Assembly: GCA_002633005.1 (NCBI GenBank) | Contig: NMRA01000207.1 | Location: 519,470 to 583,469, forward strand | From: Phoronis australis | Lineage: Eukaryota > Animalia > Phoronida | Reading direction: 5' to 3' | DNA: 64,000 nucleotides | Part shown: one piece after another, positions 61,242 through 64,000 of the stretch | Position numbering within the stretch: the first letter of the stretch is position 1 | How the letters are laid out: every line of letters starts with the position of its first letter | Position numbers and translations under genes: made by a program | Notes under the pieces: model-generated | Told to the model about the DNA's origin: nothing | Databases searched by the model: none | What the model saw: the letters and a program-made list of their open reading frames with translations, nothing else

Positions 61242-63204
61242 AATGGTGTTTGTTGTCATTCTAGTCTTAGTGCATTACAATAATTATTGTATTTGCAAAA
61301 CAACATCAAAATTATGTTTTGTTCAAGCAATTTATAAATGATAATTCCTCAAAATTGGTTTTATGTCTAGAAATCTTGTTATCCAATGCCAATTACAATC
61401 TTCACCGCCAGGCTCACGCTTGGCTCTAGGGTCTCCGAATACAACTTGGGCTCCACTTAATAGGTAGAGCTGTTGCAAATGTGTGACGAGGCAAATTACA
61501 CTAGGACTGCCATCTTGAGATATAGTATCTTTGACAACACTGCACACGAGCGACTGCTGCGGGGAGAAGTGCTATAGTGGACCGTATGGGCGCACGGAGG
61601 CGCAGCCAACCACCTTTTGGCATTTGAACGTAGTGCCTACGCACCGCAAGTTACGTTCAGTGCTCAAGGTGATGCGGTTGGCTCTGGGAGCCTACTTACC
61701 TCTAATTTTACCACTTCACACTGGCGAGGAGAGCGACGTCGCGCGTCTGCTCAACTGGTAATCCACGCTCTCTACGAACCTCAAGTTGCACACTTTTTGT
61801 TCCACCCAGTACGTTGCCCTGCTTATCATCGTTTTGTCAAGTGGTCAGTATTGCTACGCTTGCACGAAAAGCGACGGGATGGCGATTATGAGCTCTTCTT
61901 ACGTATCTGGGGAAGCCAAATGGTACGAACAGTTTGGACAGCCGGTAAGTCTCAACAGTCTTTTTTCGCCTATGTTTTCTCTGCCTCATTCCCGTCATAA
62001 ACCGTACGAAGGTCAGCTACTACGGATATTTATACACGTTAGACAACACTCAGTCTAGTCTGACAACAAAGGTTCTCTTTGGGTTTGATTATATGCCAGA
62101 TGTTGGCCGTCCATCTACACTGTACTCGTGGATAGGTCCCGGATGACGTGTCTCCCGTTAGAAGTACACGTGTGCGTTTTTAGGCTAGCTCCTATTATAT
62201 TAATGAAAATTTAAGATCTTGGAGGTCTTGTCAATATTCTGTGTGGTTACCTAAACAGCCCCGACAACACGACTTATGAATAAGTTCCAAGCCAAGTAGC
62301 AGGCCGGCCGGGGCCCGACCGATGGGTGCAACCGACGTCCTCCGGTTAGCGTCTTTCACTTGCCGTTTCTGTTAGAGTTTATAGTATCTTTCACGGTTAT
62401 TACTAGAGTGTTCCTGCGAGCATAATTTGGCCCACACTATGTATTTCTCGCTTTGCTCTGGTCCTCGTCAGTTTTCATGTGGCCCTCCCTTGTTCGTTGG
62501 AAATAAATTACGTTTGACATGAAATTCGGTCAGGAAAAATTCGATAATCGGGGACGTCCGAGATCATTTAATTTGAGCTCCGTCGCTGGAGACGGGGCCT
62601 TGAGAAGGATCTAGCAGCTAGTGTTCGTAGCCAGGAGGGTTCGGGGGGTTCAATCGAACCCACCCTCCCGCGGAAAAGGTCCAGCCCCGGCCTACCGTTA
62701 AAGATGGGGTATAGATGGACAACAACAACAACTAAATTGTTGCAGCTGCTGGAACTACTAACTATCGGGCCGTACCCTGCCGTACCGGCCTTCGCCCGAA
62801 TTGTGCTTGATGATAGGATCGTGCAGACGATTAGAGGAGTCTTTATGTTATTCATGGTGGCTATAACGTAAGGTAACACGGGAGTCTAGAAGCAAATGTC
62901 TATACATACCTAGATAGGACATATATAGCAACGAGAGAGCTCCCAAAAGCTAGTGCCGTGTGAACGTCTTAAAATCGAACAATTAAAGAAACAAAATAAC
63001 AGAAAGTAGGTTTATCTGCTATTTTGATAGTGACAGAATACGGTAAAGTGCAGACATTTTCAAATTTCCTCTTTGGTTGTGGATTGGTGGATGGCATGCA
63101 TGCGTGTGTGCGTTTCCATTCTTTTAAATTCAGTACACGCCGATGATAATTAAGTTCATTATAAGCAGTCCTCTGTCGTTGTTCAAAAACCAGACATTTA
63201 ACTA

Positions 63205-63337
63205 CACGGGTGGAGCACCTTAGGGGGTTGGGGGGATATAGTCCCCACTTTTTTTCAGGGCTGCGGCGCCCATGGTCTATGGGCGGTGCACCACAGGGGT
63301 TTATAGCCCTCCCTTTTTCAGTGCTTCATCGCCAATG
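63205..63337. mobile_element. GC-rich MITE dimer, same family as 15389-15505
   Basis: Shared gcacc..gggg..tatag.ccc..ttttcag.gctgcg.cgcccatg structure. Confidence 0.65.
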
Positions 63338-64000
63338 AACTACCGTATTTTCTTGCACTAAGAAAACCCCGACGGGCATGTTCATATTATTACGGAGAAG
63401 AAGGTCCAAACCTAATAAAAACTTTGGTCAATGAAGGAAATCTTCTCTTGTCAATCAGTGCCAATGGCGCACAGCCTCGCAGGCGTCATACGAGCAACAA
63501 ACTTGATGGAAAAGATTTCCAAGGTTACATGTCATTATTCCGAAGGTTCACTACTCCTAAAGTCCACTACTCTGAAGTTATTGCAAGGGTTCGCTACCTT
63601 CAAAAGTTCTCCGAGTACTTCGAATGTCCACAGTTCATTACTCTGATTGTCTGCTAACGAGTCGGAACTGACATGAGAAAAGTATTTGTATTTGTTCCCA
63701 TTTAGTAACCATTTAAAGTTGAATAGTTTTTAAAACATTGATTACATTGTTTACAAATGAGCTCAGTTCCAATCACTGCCAATCGTGAATCTTCAATCTA
63801 ACTAACGACTCATTCAGTCTCAAGCAGGGTCAACATCGGGTCTGGACAAGCGACAAGTATAGTGGCGGTTTTAAATTTAAGACGACTTAATGGGACTCTT
63901 CGACTTCGTGAAGGCTGGCAGGGACAGTGTAGCCTACTAACTACATTTAGTATACTGTAATTTCGACCCGGCCATGCGCGTTGTTCCGATGGGTGAGTTT

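Noticed and set aside
61531-62058. Overlapping ORFs of 76-127 aa
   Set aside because: Non-ATG starts, no motifs and no clear splice structure.

Overview
Eukaryotic, repeat-rich genomic DNA, most like a marine invertebrate (inferred from the element families; the species cannot be determined). It has one 943-N gap and single Ns at 8808 and 30687. (1) The last four coding exons of NOL6/Nrap/Utp22 lie on + (885-9827), with repeat-filled introns. (2) Three intronless class A GPCRs of FMRFamide/peptide-receptor-like type lie on -. Two of them are near-identical and sit in a recent direct duplication (28284-36790 and 37949-50795). (3) The rest is a nested, decayed transposon landscape: two Ty3/Gypsy relics; a CR1-group LINE whose ORF2 starts with a viral-type 2A motif (GDIEVNPGP); a DIRS/Ngaro-type tyrosine-recombinase retroelement; a Helentron/HINE-like element with a tandem array; an RLE-type LINE fragment; an internally deleted AcademX transposon with a 3-bp TSD; and many MITEs and minisatellites. 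The strongest candidate for novelty is the duplicated GPCR pair. It shows a reciprocal D2.50N/N7.45D swap in the sodium pocket, a His-rich extracellular face, and substitutions clustered near the ligand pocket. All translations and alignments were done by eye.
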